This document shows positions 29,854 to 40,229 of a DNA stretch of 64,000 nucleotides, piece after piece (position 1 is the first letter of the stretch; every line of letters begins with the position of its first letter). The translations under genes and the position numbers were made by a program. Origin of the DNA: Nitrosopumilaceae archaeon. GTDB lineage: Archaea; Thermoproteota; Nitrososphaeria; Nitrososphaerales; Nitrosopumilaceae. The notes beneath the pieces were generated by a model. That model was not told the DNA's origin. It saw nothing but the letters and a program-made list of their open reading frames with translations, and did not search any database. The stretch is from positions 128,001-192,000 of the forward strand of contig OZ242376.1 of the NCBI GenBank assembly GCA_965209085.1, read 5' to 3'.

Positions 29854-29948
29854 ATTTTGATAGAAATTGCATGCGTGGTCATTTTATATCTGATAATTCT
29901 AGGCGACATTATATCGTTATATCCAAATATGCCGTTATCACAGATAAT

Positions 29949-30692
29949 ATGATGTTAAAGGATAAAGTGGCAATAATAACCGGTGCAAGTAGCGGCATTG
30001 GACGAGCTACTGCCATCGCACTAGCCGGCCAGGGTTGTAAAGTGGCCATTGGAGCTAGAAGAACATCCAATCTTGAAAAACTACAAGATGAAATTGAAAA
30101 ATCCGGTGGACAGGCTTTTGCACAAAAGCTTGATGTTTCTGATAGACATAGCTGTGAATCATTTGTAAAAGAAGTTTTAAAAAAATGGAACGAAGTGGAC
30201 ATACTGGTAAACAATGCTGGTCTTATGCCGTTGAGTTTTTTTAAGAATTTAAAATATGACGAATGGGATCAAATGATCGACGTAAACATAAAAGGTGTTC
30301 TCTACTGTACCGGCGCGGTCATTAATCACATGAAATCCAAAAAATCTGGTCATATTGTAAATATTTCATCCGTTGCAGGAAGAATTGTTTTTCCTTCTGG
30401 CAGTGTTTATTGTGCTACAAAACATGCCGTAACCGCATTAAGCGAAGGACTTCGTCAGGAATTTAGCGCACGTTCGAACATACGTGTAACATGCATAGAA
30501 CCTGGTGTTGTGGCAACAGAACTAACCCACACTATAACCGATGAATCCTTGAAAGATTTTGTCGATAAAGCAAAAACCATGGAATCTCTTTCAGCCGATG
30601 ATATTGCAAAAGCAATTGTATATGCCGTGGATTCCCCTATGAATGTAAACGTAAACGAGATTCTCATAAGACCTACTACGCAGGAGCGTTAG
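29949..30692 (+). CDS. Short-chain dehydrogenase/reductase (YdfG/YoxD-like)
   Basis: TGASSGIG, LVNNAG, NISSVAG, YCATKH, IEPGVVAT; start moved from 29871 to MMLKDK. Confidence 0.93.
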   Translation: MMLKDKVAIITGASSGIGRATAIALAGQGCKVAIGARRTSNLEKLQDEIEKSGGQAFAQKLDVSDRHSCESFVKEVLKKWNEVDILVNNAGLMPLSFFKNLKYDEWDQMIDVNIKGVLYCTGAVINHMKSKKSGHIVNISSVAGRIVFPSGSVYCATKHAVTALSEGLRQEFSARSNIRVTCIEPGVVATELTHTITDESLKDFVDKAKTMESLSADDIAKAIVYAVDSPMNVNVNEILIRPTTQER

Positions 30693-31407
30693 GTTCTTCC
30701 CACTGCCATTTGTAATTAATGTAGGAATCTGAACGATTTTGATCGAATACTATTATTGTCATCGCTGAAAATTCTTTTCCCTTTAGATCGTCAACACGCC
30801 CGGTAAATGCCGTCTCTTTGTCGGTAGTTAAATTTTCAAAAACTGTAACTTTGATGGATTTGGTGTTAATATTGTTTTTTTCCAAATACATTGCAATTTC
30901 TGATGGCATAAAGTGTTTTTCCGGCATTTTGGGCCAAGGTCTAGGAACAAGAATCACGTTCATACCATTCTCCAAAGTTTGGCACAATTCCTTCTTTTTT
31001 TCCTCTATGGATCCGGTTACATGCATTGTAATTATCCTGGATTTATCTAGAGGTACGTGCGTTTTTGCTGCCGCAATCTGTATAGAGCTTATGCCAGCAT
31101 GCAATTCAACATGATCAAAAATCTCCACTAGTCTGTCTATCACTTCGGATTCTGAAAAATTAACATCTCCAGTAAATGGTATGACCAATGTTTTATTTCC
31201 CAATGTTTTTTTGGCTTTCTGATACGCCTCTTCTTGATTTGACATTGTAATTATCACAGTTTCTTTTCCTACAAGCAGATGTTTTATCGTATCCAGCGTA
31301 TACTGATAACCTATTACCATGTCGCAATTTCTAATAATTTTTTCAACTTTTACAGTTACACAATCAGGTGATCCTGGACCAACTCCTACTGCAAAAACAT
31401 TGACCAA
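30676..31407 (-). CDS. cbiE: Cobalt-precorrin-7 C5-methyltransferase-like tetrapyrrole methylase
   Basis: VGVGPGSPD, TGDVNFS, GISSIQIAAA, FENLT. Confidence 0.8.
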   Translation of the reverse strand: MVNVFAVGVGPGSPDCVTVKVEKIIRNCDMVIGYQYTLDTIKHLLVGKETVIITMSNQEEAYQKAKKTLGNKTLVIPFTGDVNFSESEVIDRLVEIFDHVELHAGISSIQIAAAKTHVPLDKSRIITMHVTGSIEEKKKELCQTLENGMNVILVPRPWPKMPEKHFMPSEIAMYLEKNNINTKSIKVTVFENLTTDKETAFTGRVDDLKGKEFSAMTIIVFDQNRSDSYINYKWQWEEPNAPA

Positions 31408-31408
31408 A

Positions 31409-31900
31409 TTATTTGGTCACCATTCGTCGGTTATTAATAAATTGTACAAATGGACTCCAATCAACTTTCATAAACTTTGTAGGCTCCTTGACAGGATATT
31501 TTACCCAATCTTGCGCCACCGAATATTGGTGTTTTTCATTTTTTCCGTTTTTTAAATATTCTACAGTTAACACACTACCCCATTCTTTTTCATCATATTC
31601 CAAATTTAGTATATCATTGAAAGAAAGAATTGTATTTTTAGGATTTTTTTGATCAATGACTAGATCTTTTTCATCATATCCATCATGATGTATCATTGTA
31701 TCTTTTGATTTCATAAAAATAAGAGCTTGGCGCTGAGTAATTGCTTTCCACCATTTTATTTTGGCAGTTGTTTTGTGTATAAATGACAAATGCTTGTCGG
31801 TAAGAATTAGCATACCTTCCCTGCCTCCGATGGACAGGAATTTCTTTGATTCTCTCCATATGGAGACTACGTGAGCTCTAATTTCTTCATCATTTTCCAT
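31409..31900 (-). CDS. Conserved hypothetical protein (PH-like fold possible)
   Basis: EGMLILTDKHLSF. Confidence 0.65.
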   Translation of the reverse strand: MENDEEIRAHVVSIWRESKKFLSIGGREGMLILTDKHLSFIHKTTAKIKWWKAITQRQALIFMKSKDTMIHHDGYDEKDLVIDQKNPKNTILSFNDILNLEYDEKEWGSVLTVEYLKNGKNEKHQYSVAQDWVKYPVKEPTKFMKVDWSPFVQFINNRRMVTK

Positions 31901-32015
31901 AATGAAATCTCATACATAACGTGTTAAAAACTAATTACTCCAAATCTGGCATTATGATTCTGATTTGTATTATTATACGGCATAACTACGTTAAATAGGC
32001 AAATTTTTACATATT

Positions 32016-32093
32016 AGACTTCATGCATAATGGGCCAAATTCACAATTTTTACGAATAAAAATGACTGATTTTAATGATTATGCGTGAGGTCT
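32016..32093. mobile_element. 78-bp MITE family B, intact copy
   Basis: AGACTTCATGCATAAT ... ATTATGCGTGAGGTCT imperfect TIR; TSD ATT/ATT. Confidence 0.88.
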
Positions 32094-32115
32094 ATTGTGC
32101 ATAGCTTTTATTTGA

Positions 32116-33294
32116 GTGCTTTTGAATTCATTTATGCACCAGAACAGAGTTTTAATTCTAACCCTACTAGCCGTCACTTCAATAATGGTTCCACTATACG
32201 CTTCAGCTCAATCCGAAAACATGGTGGCAACAGTTGAAACAAAATCCGGAAACTTTGTAATAGAATTTTTCCCTGATGTTGCTCCCTCTCACGTAAATAA
32301 TTTCATCACATTATCTAAAGATGGATATTATGACGGAACCGTCTTCCATCGTGTCATAAATGGATTTATGATACAGGGAGGTGATCCAAATACAAAAGAT
32401 CCAGAATTAATTTCACTTTGGGGTACAGGAGGACCGGGTTATTCTGTTAATGCGGAATTTAACGATATATCCCATGAAAGAGGTATTGTATCGATGGCTA
32501 GATCACAGGATCCAAACAGTGCCGGTTCACAATTCTTTATTATACACGGAGATGCAAGTTTCTTAGATGGTTATTATACAGTTTTTGGCAAAATAGTTGG
32601 TGATGAAAGTTTTACAACATTGGATAAAATAGCAAACATGGAGACTTCACTTAATGATGTACCTGTAGATTGGCAGAACACTGAGATTATTTCAATCACA
32701 TTTGATAAAACAATATTTGATAAAACAATATTTGATGAAACAATATTTGATGAAACAATATTTGATGAAACAATGTTTGATGAAACAATATTTGATGAAA
32801 CAATGCCTGATGAAACAATATTTGATGAAACAATGCCTGATGAAACAATATTTGATGAAACAATGCCTGATGAAACAATGCCTGGTGGCGGTGGATGTCT
32901 TATAGCTACTGCGGCATTTGGATCCGAAATGGCACCCCAGGTTCAAAATCTAAGAGAAATTCGCGACAACATAGTACTAGAAACCGAATCTGGAAGGACG
33001 TTCATGACATCGTTTAACCATATCTATTACGCATTTTCTCCTACAGTGGCTGATTTGGAACGTGAAAATCCAATAGTGAGAGACATCATTCAGATTACAA
33101 TAACTCCGATGATTGTATCCCTCACAATGCTTGAAAATATAGAAATTAATTCAGAGGCAACAATGATCAGCTATGGAATGTTGGTAATACTAGTTAATAT
33201 TTTCATGTATGTGGGAATCCCACTGACCGTATTGTACATTCTAAAACAATATTTTACAAGCATATCAAAAAATAAAAAATACATTGCCGCTTGA
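32116..33294 (+). CDS. Secreted cyclophilin-type peptidyl-prolyl isomerase with CFI-box-CTERM anchor
   Basis: FHRVINGFMIQGGDP, SMARSQDPNSAGSQFFI, YTVFG; GGCLIATAAFGSEMAPQVQ. Confidence 0.92.
   Translation: MLLNSFMHQNRVLILTLLAVTSIMVPLYASAQSENMVATVETKSGNFVIEFFPDVAPSHVNNFITLSKDGYYDGTVFHRVINGFMIQGGDPNTKDPELISLWGTGGPGYSVNAEFNDISHERGIVSMARSQDPNSAGSQFFIIHGDASFLDGYYTVFGKIVGDESFTTLDKIANMETSLNDVPVDWQNTEIISITFDKTIFDKTIFDETIFDETIFDETMFDETIFDETMPDETIFDETMPDETIFDETMPDETMPGGGGCLIATAAFGSEMAPQVQNLREIRDNIVLETESGRTFMTSFNHIYYAFSPTVADLERENPIVRDIIQITITPMIVSLTMLENIEINSEATMISYGMLVILVNIFMYVGIPLTVLYILKQYFTSISKNKKYIAA
32701..32880 (+). repeat. 15-bp coding tandem repeat x12 (FDETI/PDETM)
   Basis: tttgatgaaacaata / cctgatgaaacaatg variants. 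Confidence 0.95.
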
Positions 33295-33309
33295 ATCAAT
33301 CAGTAAAGT

Positions 33310-33963
33310 TCAACCAATTTCGGATCGTATAACATCATATGCTTTTGACGCATCTTTACGATTAAATGTTATAATCATATTTTCTTGACTAAAATATGCG
33401 TCAACAAATTCTATGCCGTTAATATGTAGCAATCCTATGACGTATGATCCAACATCAGCTCTGCTTTCTTCGGATACGGTTATTTTTATCCGTACCAATC
33501 TATTGTCTGATAAATCCATTGTATTGGGAATTGACTCAAGTAATTTCCGTACACTTTCCATATCTTCGGTCAGTATTCTAAACGATCCTGGAATTTTTAT
33601 AAGATCATACTCTTGAGTTATCTGTGTAAATTTTTCTAAAAAATCAGTCAAGTCACTACCCGTAGCATCCTGTTCAAGATTTATGTCCATCATGCTTTCC
33701 GTCAAAGACAGACGTGCATTTTTCAACAAGGTTTCATCATGCAGATCTTTTTTTTGTTCAAATGAATCTGCATATCTTTTGATGGCTACTACTATTGTAT
33801 TCAAATTTACTGATTTACCAATTTGACGTTCTATATCAGGCTGGATCTTTACTGCCAATGCAGTATAGTTTATGATGTCCATCTTCATACAGTCGTATAC
33901 TGAACGATTTCTAGTCACAATTTCACGAATTGCCTCCGTGACCGACAAACCCAACATTCTCAT
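33310..33963 (-). CDS. ACT-domain-containing conserved archaeal protein
   Basis: IINYTALA..I...NTIVVAIKRY N-terminus; C-terminal ACT-like region. Confidence 0.7.
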   Translation of the reverse strand: MRMLGLSVTEAIREIVTRNRSVYDCMKMDIINYTALAVKIQPDIERQIGKSVNLNTIVVAIKRYADSFEQKKDLHDETLLKNARLSLTESMMDINLEQDATGSDLTDFLEKFTQITQEYDLIKIPGSFRILTEDMESVRKLLESIPNTMDLSDNRLVRIKITVSEESRADVGSYVIGLLHINGIEFVDAYFSQENMIITFNRKDASKAYDVIRSEIG

Positions 33964-34035
33964 ATCTTATTTATGATATGTCACTATATTATACCTATGT
34001 CATATCATTAATATATCAACATAAATACTTATATT

Positions 34036-34053
34036 ATGTAATATATATTACAT
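34036..34053. promoter_or_regulatory. 18-bp perfect palindrome between TATA-like box and hsp20 start (candidate operator)
   Basis: ATGTAATAT|ATATTACAT directly after CTTATATT (34028-34035). Confidence 0.45.
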
Positions 34054-34065
34054 TAGATAAGTAAT

Positions 34066-34551
34066 ATGACTATGTTTAACAATAAGGAACTTGACAAACT
34101 CTTCGAGGATATCACGAATCGCTTTTTTGGATCTGATGATATCCAAGAGACAGTCAAGGCAGGACATTTTGACGAACCGGTTTATTATGGTTATACAATG
34201 ACCGTCGGCCCGGATGGAAAACCTGTAGTAAAAGAATATGGGAATGTAAAACCCAATCGAACTGCAACTTTGGACAACACGTTAGTGGACATCATAGTGG
34301 ATGAGAAAAACGAACAGTTGAAACTGGTTGCAGAGATGCCAGGAGTTGAGAAAGAAGACATACGTGTAGTCGTAAATGGCAACATGGTGACCGTTGAGGC
34401 AGAACGTGACACAAAAAAATACAACGTATCTGTTCCAATTGAACACAAGGTAGTCAAAGACTCTGCTAAAGCGTCGTACAAAAATGGAATACTCGAAATG
34501 GTGTTTAAACTCACCAAACAATCCGAGGGTACCAAGGTGGAGGTAAACTAA
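34066..34551 (+). CDS. hsp20: Small heat shock protein Hsp20
   Basis: YYGYTMTVGPDGKPVVKEYGN, AEMPGVEKEDI, ASYKNGILE. Confidence 0.93.
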   Translation: MTMFNNKELDKLFEDITNRFFGSDDIQETVKAGHFDEPVYYGYTMTVGPDGKPVVKEYGNVKPNRTATLDNTLVDIIVDEKNEQLKLVAEMPGVEKEDIRVVVNGNMVTVEAERDTKKYNVSVPIEHKVVKDSAKASYKNGILEMVFKLTKQSEGTKVEVN

Positions 34552-34569
34552 TCTCCACCATTTTATTTT

Positions 34570-36726
34570 ATGGTGATAAATATGGATGAAAAAATACAAT
34601 TATGGATAAATGAAATACATACTCAACATGTAGGCAGAGGCATTGCCATAGTGGATCCTAGTGTGATAAAAAAATATGGATGGCGCGCGGGACAAATACT
34701 TGAAATTGTAGGCAATAGAAAAACACATGCAAAACTTTGGCCTGGATCTATGGAAAATAATGATCTTGATTGCATAAGAATAGATGGAATTACAAGACAA
34801 AATGCTGGATCTGGCATTGGGGATAAAGTTCTAGTAAGATCAATCGAAGTAGTTTCAGCAGAACAAATAGTGTTGTCACCAACTGAAAAAGTGCAAACCG
34901 AAGGATTGCAAGAATATATGAAAGAAAATTTTCTAAACCACGTATTTACACCCGGCGATGCAGTATCTGCATTCACACAAATGGGTACAAAACTGCAGTT
35001 TGTTGTAACAACAACTACGCCTGCAAGTCCTGTCGTAGTCACGAATAAGACTGAATTCAAACAAGGAGGGCTGGTAAAATTATCCGACGCTCAGAGACCT
35101 AGAGTTACATACGATGATTTGGGCGGTCTAAAAGATGGCATTCAAAAAATACGCGAGATGGTCGAACTCCCAATGAGACATCCGGAAATTTTTGAAACCA
35201 TTGGAGTTGAAGCCCCAAAAGGTGTTTTATTGTATGGTCCACCCGGAACTGGTAAAACATTGCTTGCAAAAGCCGTAGCTGGAGAAACGAATACGCATTT
35301 TATTCAGATAAGTGGTCCTGAAATAATGGATAAGCATTATGGCGCAAGCGAAGAAAAAATCAGAGAAATATTTGAGCAAGCTGAAAAAAATTCCCCTTCA
35401 ATAATATTTATCGACGAAATAGATTCCATAGCTCCGAAAAGAGACGAAGTTACCGGTGAGGTTGAAAAAAGAATAGTTTCTCAGATACTTACCTTGATGG
35501 ATGGAATGAAAAACCGAGGCAAAGTGGTTGTTATTGCAGCTACAAACAGAATAGATTCCATAGATCCGGCTCTGCGAAGACCTGGAAGATTTGATCGGGA
35601 GATCGAAATAGGGGTTCCAGACAAAGATGGAAGAATGCAAATATTGGAAATACATACAAGAAACGTGCCGTTGGGAGACGATCTTGATCTTGCAAAAATT
35701 GCATCCGTCACTCATGGTTTTGTTGGCGCTGATCTACAATCATTGATTAAAGAAGCTGCAATGAAATCACTCCGACGTATATTACCAACTATTGATCTGG
35801 GCAGTGGAAAAATATCTCCAGAAAAACTCAAAGAAATTAAAATTACAAAACAGGACATGGATGAAGCAACAAAGGAAGCACATCCTTCAACCATGAGGGA
35901 AGTATTGGTGCAGATTCCAGAGACCAAATGGGAAGATGTGGGAGGACTTGATGCCTTGAAAAAAGAACTACTCGAAGCGATAGAATGGCCACTAAAACAT
36001 GCCAAAGAAGTGCAACATTTTGGGATAAAAACACCAAAAGGAGTGTTACTGCACGGACCTCCAGGAATGGGCAAGACGCTTATCGCAAAGGCTGTTGCTA
36101 GCACAACACAATCAAATTTTATCTCCATCAAGGGTCCAGAACTACTTTCTAAATGGGTGGGGGAATCAGAAAAAGGTGTACGCAAAGTGTTTCAAAAAGC
36201 AAGGCAAGTTGCTCCGTGTATTATCTTCTTTGATGAAATTGACTCATTGGTTCCAAAGAGAGGCAGTCACAACGGCAGCAACGTAACAGAAAACGTTGTC
36301 TCACAAATTCTCACAGAGATGGACGGATTAGAGGAGCTAAAAGGCGTATTGGTCATCGGTGCTACAAACAGATTGGACATGGTGGATCCAGCACTTTTAC
36401 GTCCAGGAAGATTTGACAGGATTGTTCAAGTATCGAAACCAGATGCAGCTGCACGTAAAAACATACTGCACATACATACGCGTGGTAAACCACTTGCAAA
36501 GAACGTTAATTTGGAAAAAATATCCGACACAACAGCTGACATGAGCGGAGCAGATTTGGAATTCATTGTAAATAAAGCGGCCGTAAGAGCATTAAAACGC
36601 CATATTTCTTCAACCGACAAGGAATCTAAACTCGGAGTGATCACACAAGAAGATCTTACACTCGCAGTCAAAGATGTAATTGGACTACCAATTAATGAAA
36701 AAAATTATTCAACCGGCGTGGCGTAA
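34570..36726 (+). CDS. cdc48: CDC48/VAT family AAA+ ATPase
   Basis: Two AAA modules ([27 protein letters not shown]). Confidence 0.95.
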   Translation: MVINMDEKIQLWINEIHTQHVGRGIAIVDPSVIKKYGWRAGQILEIVGNRKTHAKLWPGSMENNDLDCIRIDGITRQNAGSGIGDKVLVRSIEVVSAEQIVLSPTEKVQTEGLQEYMKENFLNHVFTPGDAVSAFTQMGTKLQFVVTTTTPASPVVVTNKTEFKQGGLVKLSDAQRPRVTYDDLGGLKDGIQKIREMVELPMRHPEIFETIGVEAPKGVLLYGPPGTGKTLLAKAVAGETNTHFIQISGPEIMDKHYGASEEKIREIFEQAEKNSPSIIFIDEIDSIAPKRDEVTGEVEKRIVSQILTLMDGMKNRGKVVVIAATNRIDSIDPALRRPGRFDREIEIGVPDKDGRMQILEIHTRNVPLGDDLDLAKIASVTHGFVGADLQSLIKEAAMKSLRRILPTIDLGSGKISPEKLKEIKITKQDMDEATKEAHPSTMREVLVQIPETKWEDVGGLDALKKELLEAIEWPLKHAKEVQHFGIKTPKGVLLHGPPGMGKTLIAKAVASTTQSNFISIKGPELLSKWVGESEKGVRKVFQKARQVAPCIIFFDEIDSLVPKRGSHNGSNVTENVVSQILTEMDGLEELKGVLVIGATNRLDMVDPALLRPGRFDRIVQVSKPDAAARKNILHIHTRGKPLAKNVNLEKISDTTADMSGADLEFIVNKAAVRALKRHISSTDKESKLGVITQEDLTLAVKDVIGLPINEKNYSTGVA

Positions 36727-36737
36727 AATCTATATTT

Positions 36738-37040
36738 TTAATTTGATCGGGACTGAATTTCACGGTCTATCCTGTCAATATACATACGACTGTATTTTGT
36801 AAACATGCGTATTTTTTTCTGTGAAACGGCCATTGCACCTGGTCTGGAATTTACAAGCTCATCGGATTTTATTTGATATTTTTTTTCAGATTCTAGTTCG
36901 AAATTGGACATGTTCTGCAGACCAGATTCCATGGAATCTAATTCCAATTTGAACACCTCCTCCATTTTACCCATATCTGGCATGGCACCTATTACCATAC
37001 TTGCTTTTATCTTGCCAAAAACTTCCTGCCAGATGTCCAT
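36738..37040 (-). CDS. Hypothetical protein
   Basis: 100-aa ORF. Confidence 0.55.
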   Translation of the reverse strand: MDIWQEVFGKIKASMVIGAMPDMGKMEEVFKLELDSMESGLQNMSNFELESEKKYQIKSDELVNSRPGAMAVSQKKIRMFTKYSRMYIDRIDREIQSRSN

Positions 37041-37096
37041 TTTATAGACTGAGAAATCTTAAATCATATAAATTCAGCACACGTTAGATATATGAT

Positions 37097-38016
37097 TGTG
37101 GTATCCCAAAAGTAGTATACCACTTACTTTGCATCATATTCCTCTCCTGTCTGCTCGTCAATAATCCTTTCGCCCGGTTCTGGCATCTTTCTTGCAAATG
37201 CCTGTACTGGCGTCTCTCTGTTTTCTGTATCCAATGACATGTGTGCTCTGTCCATGTTGTACCATTGCATGAACAAATCTATTGGATAGCTGACTCGCTG
37301 CATAATGCTCTCAAACTGGGGCAGCTTGTGCTGTATCTCCACATGAAGACGCTCAAGCTTGCCATTGGTCTGGGGATGATTCACGCGTGCCAAAATATGT
37401 TTTATGTCAAGATCAAGTTTCTTCTCAAATTTGAACAGACCTTTCTTTTTCATCTCTTATACATTGGCGTAAAACTGTGCACCATGATCAGTCATTACTG
37501 ATGCAGGTTTGCCGTGCTCTTGTATTGCCTTTTCTAAAACCAGTATGGCATTATCTGCAGTTGCGTGCTCAAATGTACCATATCCTGTAACAAAACGTGA
37601 GGCATCATCAAGATAGCACAGAAACCATCTACCATCATCTAGCAGTTTATAGTCAGTATGCCCACATGGAATTGGAATATCTGCGCTCATATCGAACCCA
37701 TTTGCGCTGTCTACTCTTTTTTGGCTGCTTTGAGATCAGATCATCGTCTATCAATATGCGGTGTATGGTATTGTGAGTGATATGTATGCCTGTATTTGAT
37801 TCGATGTCTTTTTCCAGATCAGTTGCCCCGTTGTGTTGTCTGCTGTGTGCATACAGCACTGCAGTGTTCTATGCGTCCTGTAAGGCTGTTGCAGTCTTCC
37901 CATTTGGGCAGGATATGATATTCTGCCCCTAGCATGCCTGTGAGTGAGACAGATACTATGTTTTTGAGCATCATGGTATCATGGGTTAGGGGGTATACTA
38001 CTTTTAGAATAATAGA
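37097..38016 (-). mobile_element. Decayed IS481-like element
   Basis: 14-bp perfect IR AAAAGTAGTATACC (37108-37121 / 37992-38005), TGT terminus, ~15-bp imperfect flanking direct repeat (cgttagatatatgat / tgttagatatacgat). Confidence 0.8.
37124..37975 (-). pseudogene. Fragmented rve/DDE integrase-type transposase
   Basis: WVRYER..SNSMW / HTDYK..DDASRF..MTDHGAQF / HPQTNGKLER split over three ORFs by a frameshift and a stop. Confidence 0.85.
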
Positions 38017-38066
38017 TGTTAGATATACGATAAAAAGAAATATTGCCACAGATTTGATAACAAAAT

Positions 38067-39212
38067 ATGCGGGAAAGCAATTATGACATACTGGGAATAT
38101 CCGAAACTGCGTCAAAAAAAGAGATTCGTGAAGCATTTCGACGCCTTGCCTTATTGCACCATGCTGATAGGGGTGGAAACGAGGAAGAATTTAAGAAAAT
38201 AAAACAGTCATACGATGATATCAAACAGGGAAAAAAATATCCTGACAGCAGCGCGGAAAAAAAGCACAAATCGCGAGTTTACTCTGCAGACGATGAAGAT
38301 GAAACTAGATATCGGAACGCCATATTGGCAGAAGAGATCTCCGAACAAATGAAACTTGCTAGGGAATGGTCAGCTGCACTCTCCAGAGCCAATGCCACGG
38401 GCAGGCATCTTTTTGGATCAAAAGTTTTGGGTGAAATGGAATTTGAGAGAATGGCAAACGGTGCCATGTCTATAAAAGGAAATATAATGGCAGGCAATTT
38501 TGAATATGACGGTCCAGTCATTATACAAGGTAGCGTAACAAGTCCTACTTTTAGCGATGATAATTCAACAAAAATCACCGTAACAGGAGGAGATCTTACG
38601 TTTGTCAATCCACATAAACACAAATACAAAATTGAAAATGGCACAATGGTAACAGTAACAAATGGAAATGTAAAAGCGGGAAACATATTTGGTAAAAAAT
38701 ATCAAACACAGGATCCGGAAGGCAGAGTGGGATATTATGTAACAAAAGAACGTCGTACTACAGTAATGGCTCCAAACGGACATGTTATAGTGGAAAATTT
38801 GGTCAATACTGTACGCATTGATGCAGATATTGTAAGCGTGCTTAACATTGAAGATGATGTTACAATATCTGCACGTGAAATTAATATCTATGGAAACAAA
38901 ATAACATATGATGTGGTTTTCGAATTGAAAAAAAATGGCTCCATAAGATTCATGGAAAATTATTCTATTTTGAGTCTAAGTGATGATGCAACCATAAAGC
39001 TTGAAAACGGAAAAACGTTTCGATTGCGTGAACTAAAGATAAGAAAAATTGGGGACGTACCTTTGGAATTTTCCTTGAATGGACATAAAAATGATCCTGA
39101 TGGCAGTATGATTGGCAACGGTTTTGTTATAACATATGCAATGTTGGATAATTTTGAAAAACGTGCAAAAAGACCTTCAATTTGGAAAAAAATGTTTGGG
39201 AAAAAACATTAA
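38067..39212 (+). CDS. J-domain (DnaJ-like) protein
   Basis: YDILGI...IREAFRRLALLHHADRGG..EEFKKI; HPD motif appears as HAD. Confidence 0.8.
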   Translation: MRESNYDILGISETASKKEIREAFRRLALLHHADRGGNEEEFKKIKQSYDDIKQGKKYPDSSAEKKHKSRVYSADDEDETRYRNAILAEEISEQMKLAREWSAALSRANATGRHLFGSKVLGEMEFERMANGAMSIKGNIMAGNFEYDGPVIIQGSVTSPTFSDDNSTKITVTGGDLTFVNPHKHKYKIENGTMVTVTNGNVKAGNIFGKKYQTQDPEGRVGYYVTKERRTTVMAPNGHVIVENLVNTVRIDADIVSVLNIEDDVTISAREINIYGNKITYDVVFELKKNGSIRFMENYSILSLSDDATIKLENGKTFRLRELKIRKIGDVPLEFSLNGHKNDPDGSMIGNGFVITYAMLDNFEKRAKRPSIWKKMFGKKH

Positions 39213-39246
39213 AGGAAAATAAAAAATAAATAATAAAGATAACTAA

Positions 39247-39546
39247 CTAGTCTACTAGTTCAGTCCAGCCTTTTACAAAAACAGAGTTTTTGTAGAGCGG
39301 AACCGGGTTACCTACAGTGAAGTCCATTGGACGCATCCAAAAGATGGCTTTGGTCGGGCAGACGCCAATGCATGCACCATCGGAGATACATCTCTCCGGA
39401 TAGAACACGAATGCTTTACCGCGTTTCCAGCCTTCTACTGGCTTTACTCTCAGAACGTCTGGACCCAGCGTGGTGCAAATTTCAACGCACAAGGCGCATC
39501 CGATGCACATCTGTTCACTAATGTCGGGTAGTATTGCTACTGGCAT
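39247..39546 (-). CDS. 4Fe-4S dicluster ferredoxin
   Basis: CIGCALCVEIC and CISDGACIGVCP. Confidence 0.92.
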   Translation of the reverse strand: MPVAILPDISEQMCIGCALCVEICTTLGPDVLRVKPVEGWKRGKAFVFYPERCISDGACIGVCPTKAIFWMRPMDFTVGNPVPLYKNSVFVKGWTELVD

Positions 39547-39624
39547 GCATGTACCACGTTGTTGGCATTAATATAATTTACCATCAAACGGCGTATTATA
39601 ACGGCGTTTGAGCTGCCATTGATT

Positions 39625-40203
39625 CTAACATACAACAGAACCGATCGGATTATCTGAACGATCAAACATATCGGCTATCATATTGGCATCATTTTTTCGT
39701 AGGCATATTTTTGATCCCTGGTGAAGAATTTTACCAAGTGCAGGGGATAAAATCCATTTTTTTTTAACATGTGATGCCATACAGACGGTTAGAATGCTAG
39801 AGTCGGTGTTTTTGGCGGCAAATGCTAGCAACGAAATGCATGTATTTATCATTCTACCTGCTTCGTCCCCGTGCATACTGAAAAACCCATTTAGAGTATC
39901 TAGTATGACAAGATGTTTTCTTTTGGTTATTTCTGATGTGACAATTTTTATCACATCAACATAGTTTGAAAAATCCATCATGTGAACTTGAACATTGTCT
40001 GGTTTTTCGGCAAATCCGCCCTTTATGCAACCGCTGTACATCAAATCAAAATCAAGATAAAATATCGGAATTTTGGTTGTTCGAAGCGCTCTGAGTATAA
40101 AGGATGATTTTAGAAACGGTTCTTGACATATGACAGTACACAATCCATCATTTATCGCCATTCTATATGCATCCATGCTGTTGGCATGATTTTTATCCAA
40201 CAA
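39625..40203 (-). CDS. Hypothetical protein, degenerate RecA-like fold
   Basis: YLDFDL, VILDTLNG; no Walker A. Confidence 0.55.
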   Translation of the reverse strand: MLDKNHANSMDAYRMAINDGLCTVICQEPFLKSSFILRALRTTKIPIFYLDFDLMYSGCIKGGFAEKPDNVQVHMMDFSNYVDVIKIVTSEITKRKHLVILDTLNGFFSMHGDEAGRMINTCISLLAFAAKNTDSSILTVCMASHVKKKWILSPALGKILHQGSKICLRKNDANMIADMFDRSDNPIGSVVC

Positions 40204-40229
40204 TAAGATACAGTACGTCCGTCATAATA

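Noticed and set aside
32692-32946. Alternative-frame repeat ORFs (MKQYL, KYCFI, HQILF)
   Set aside because: By-products of a stop-free 15-bp repeat within the cyclophilin gene
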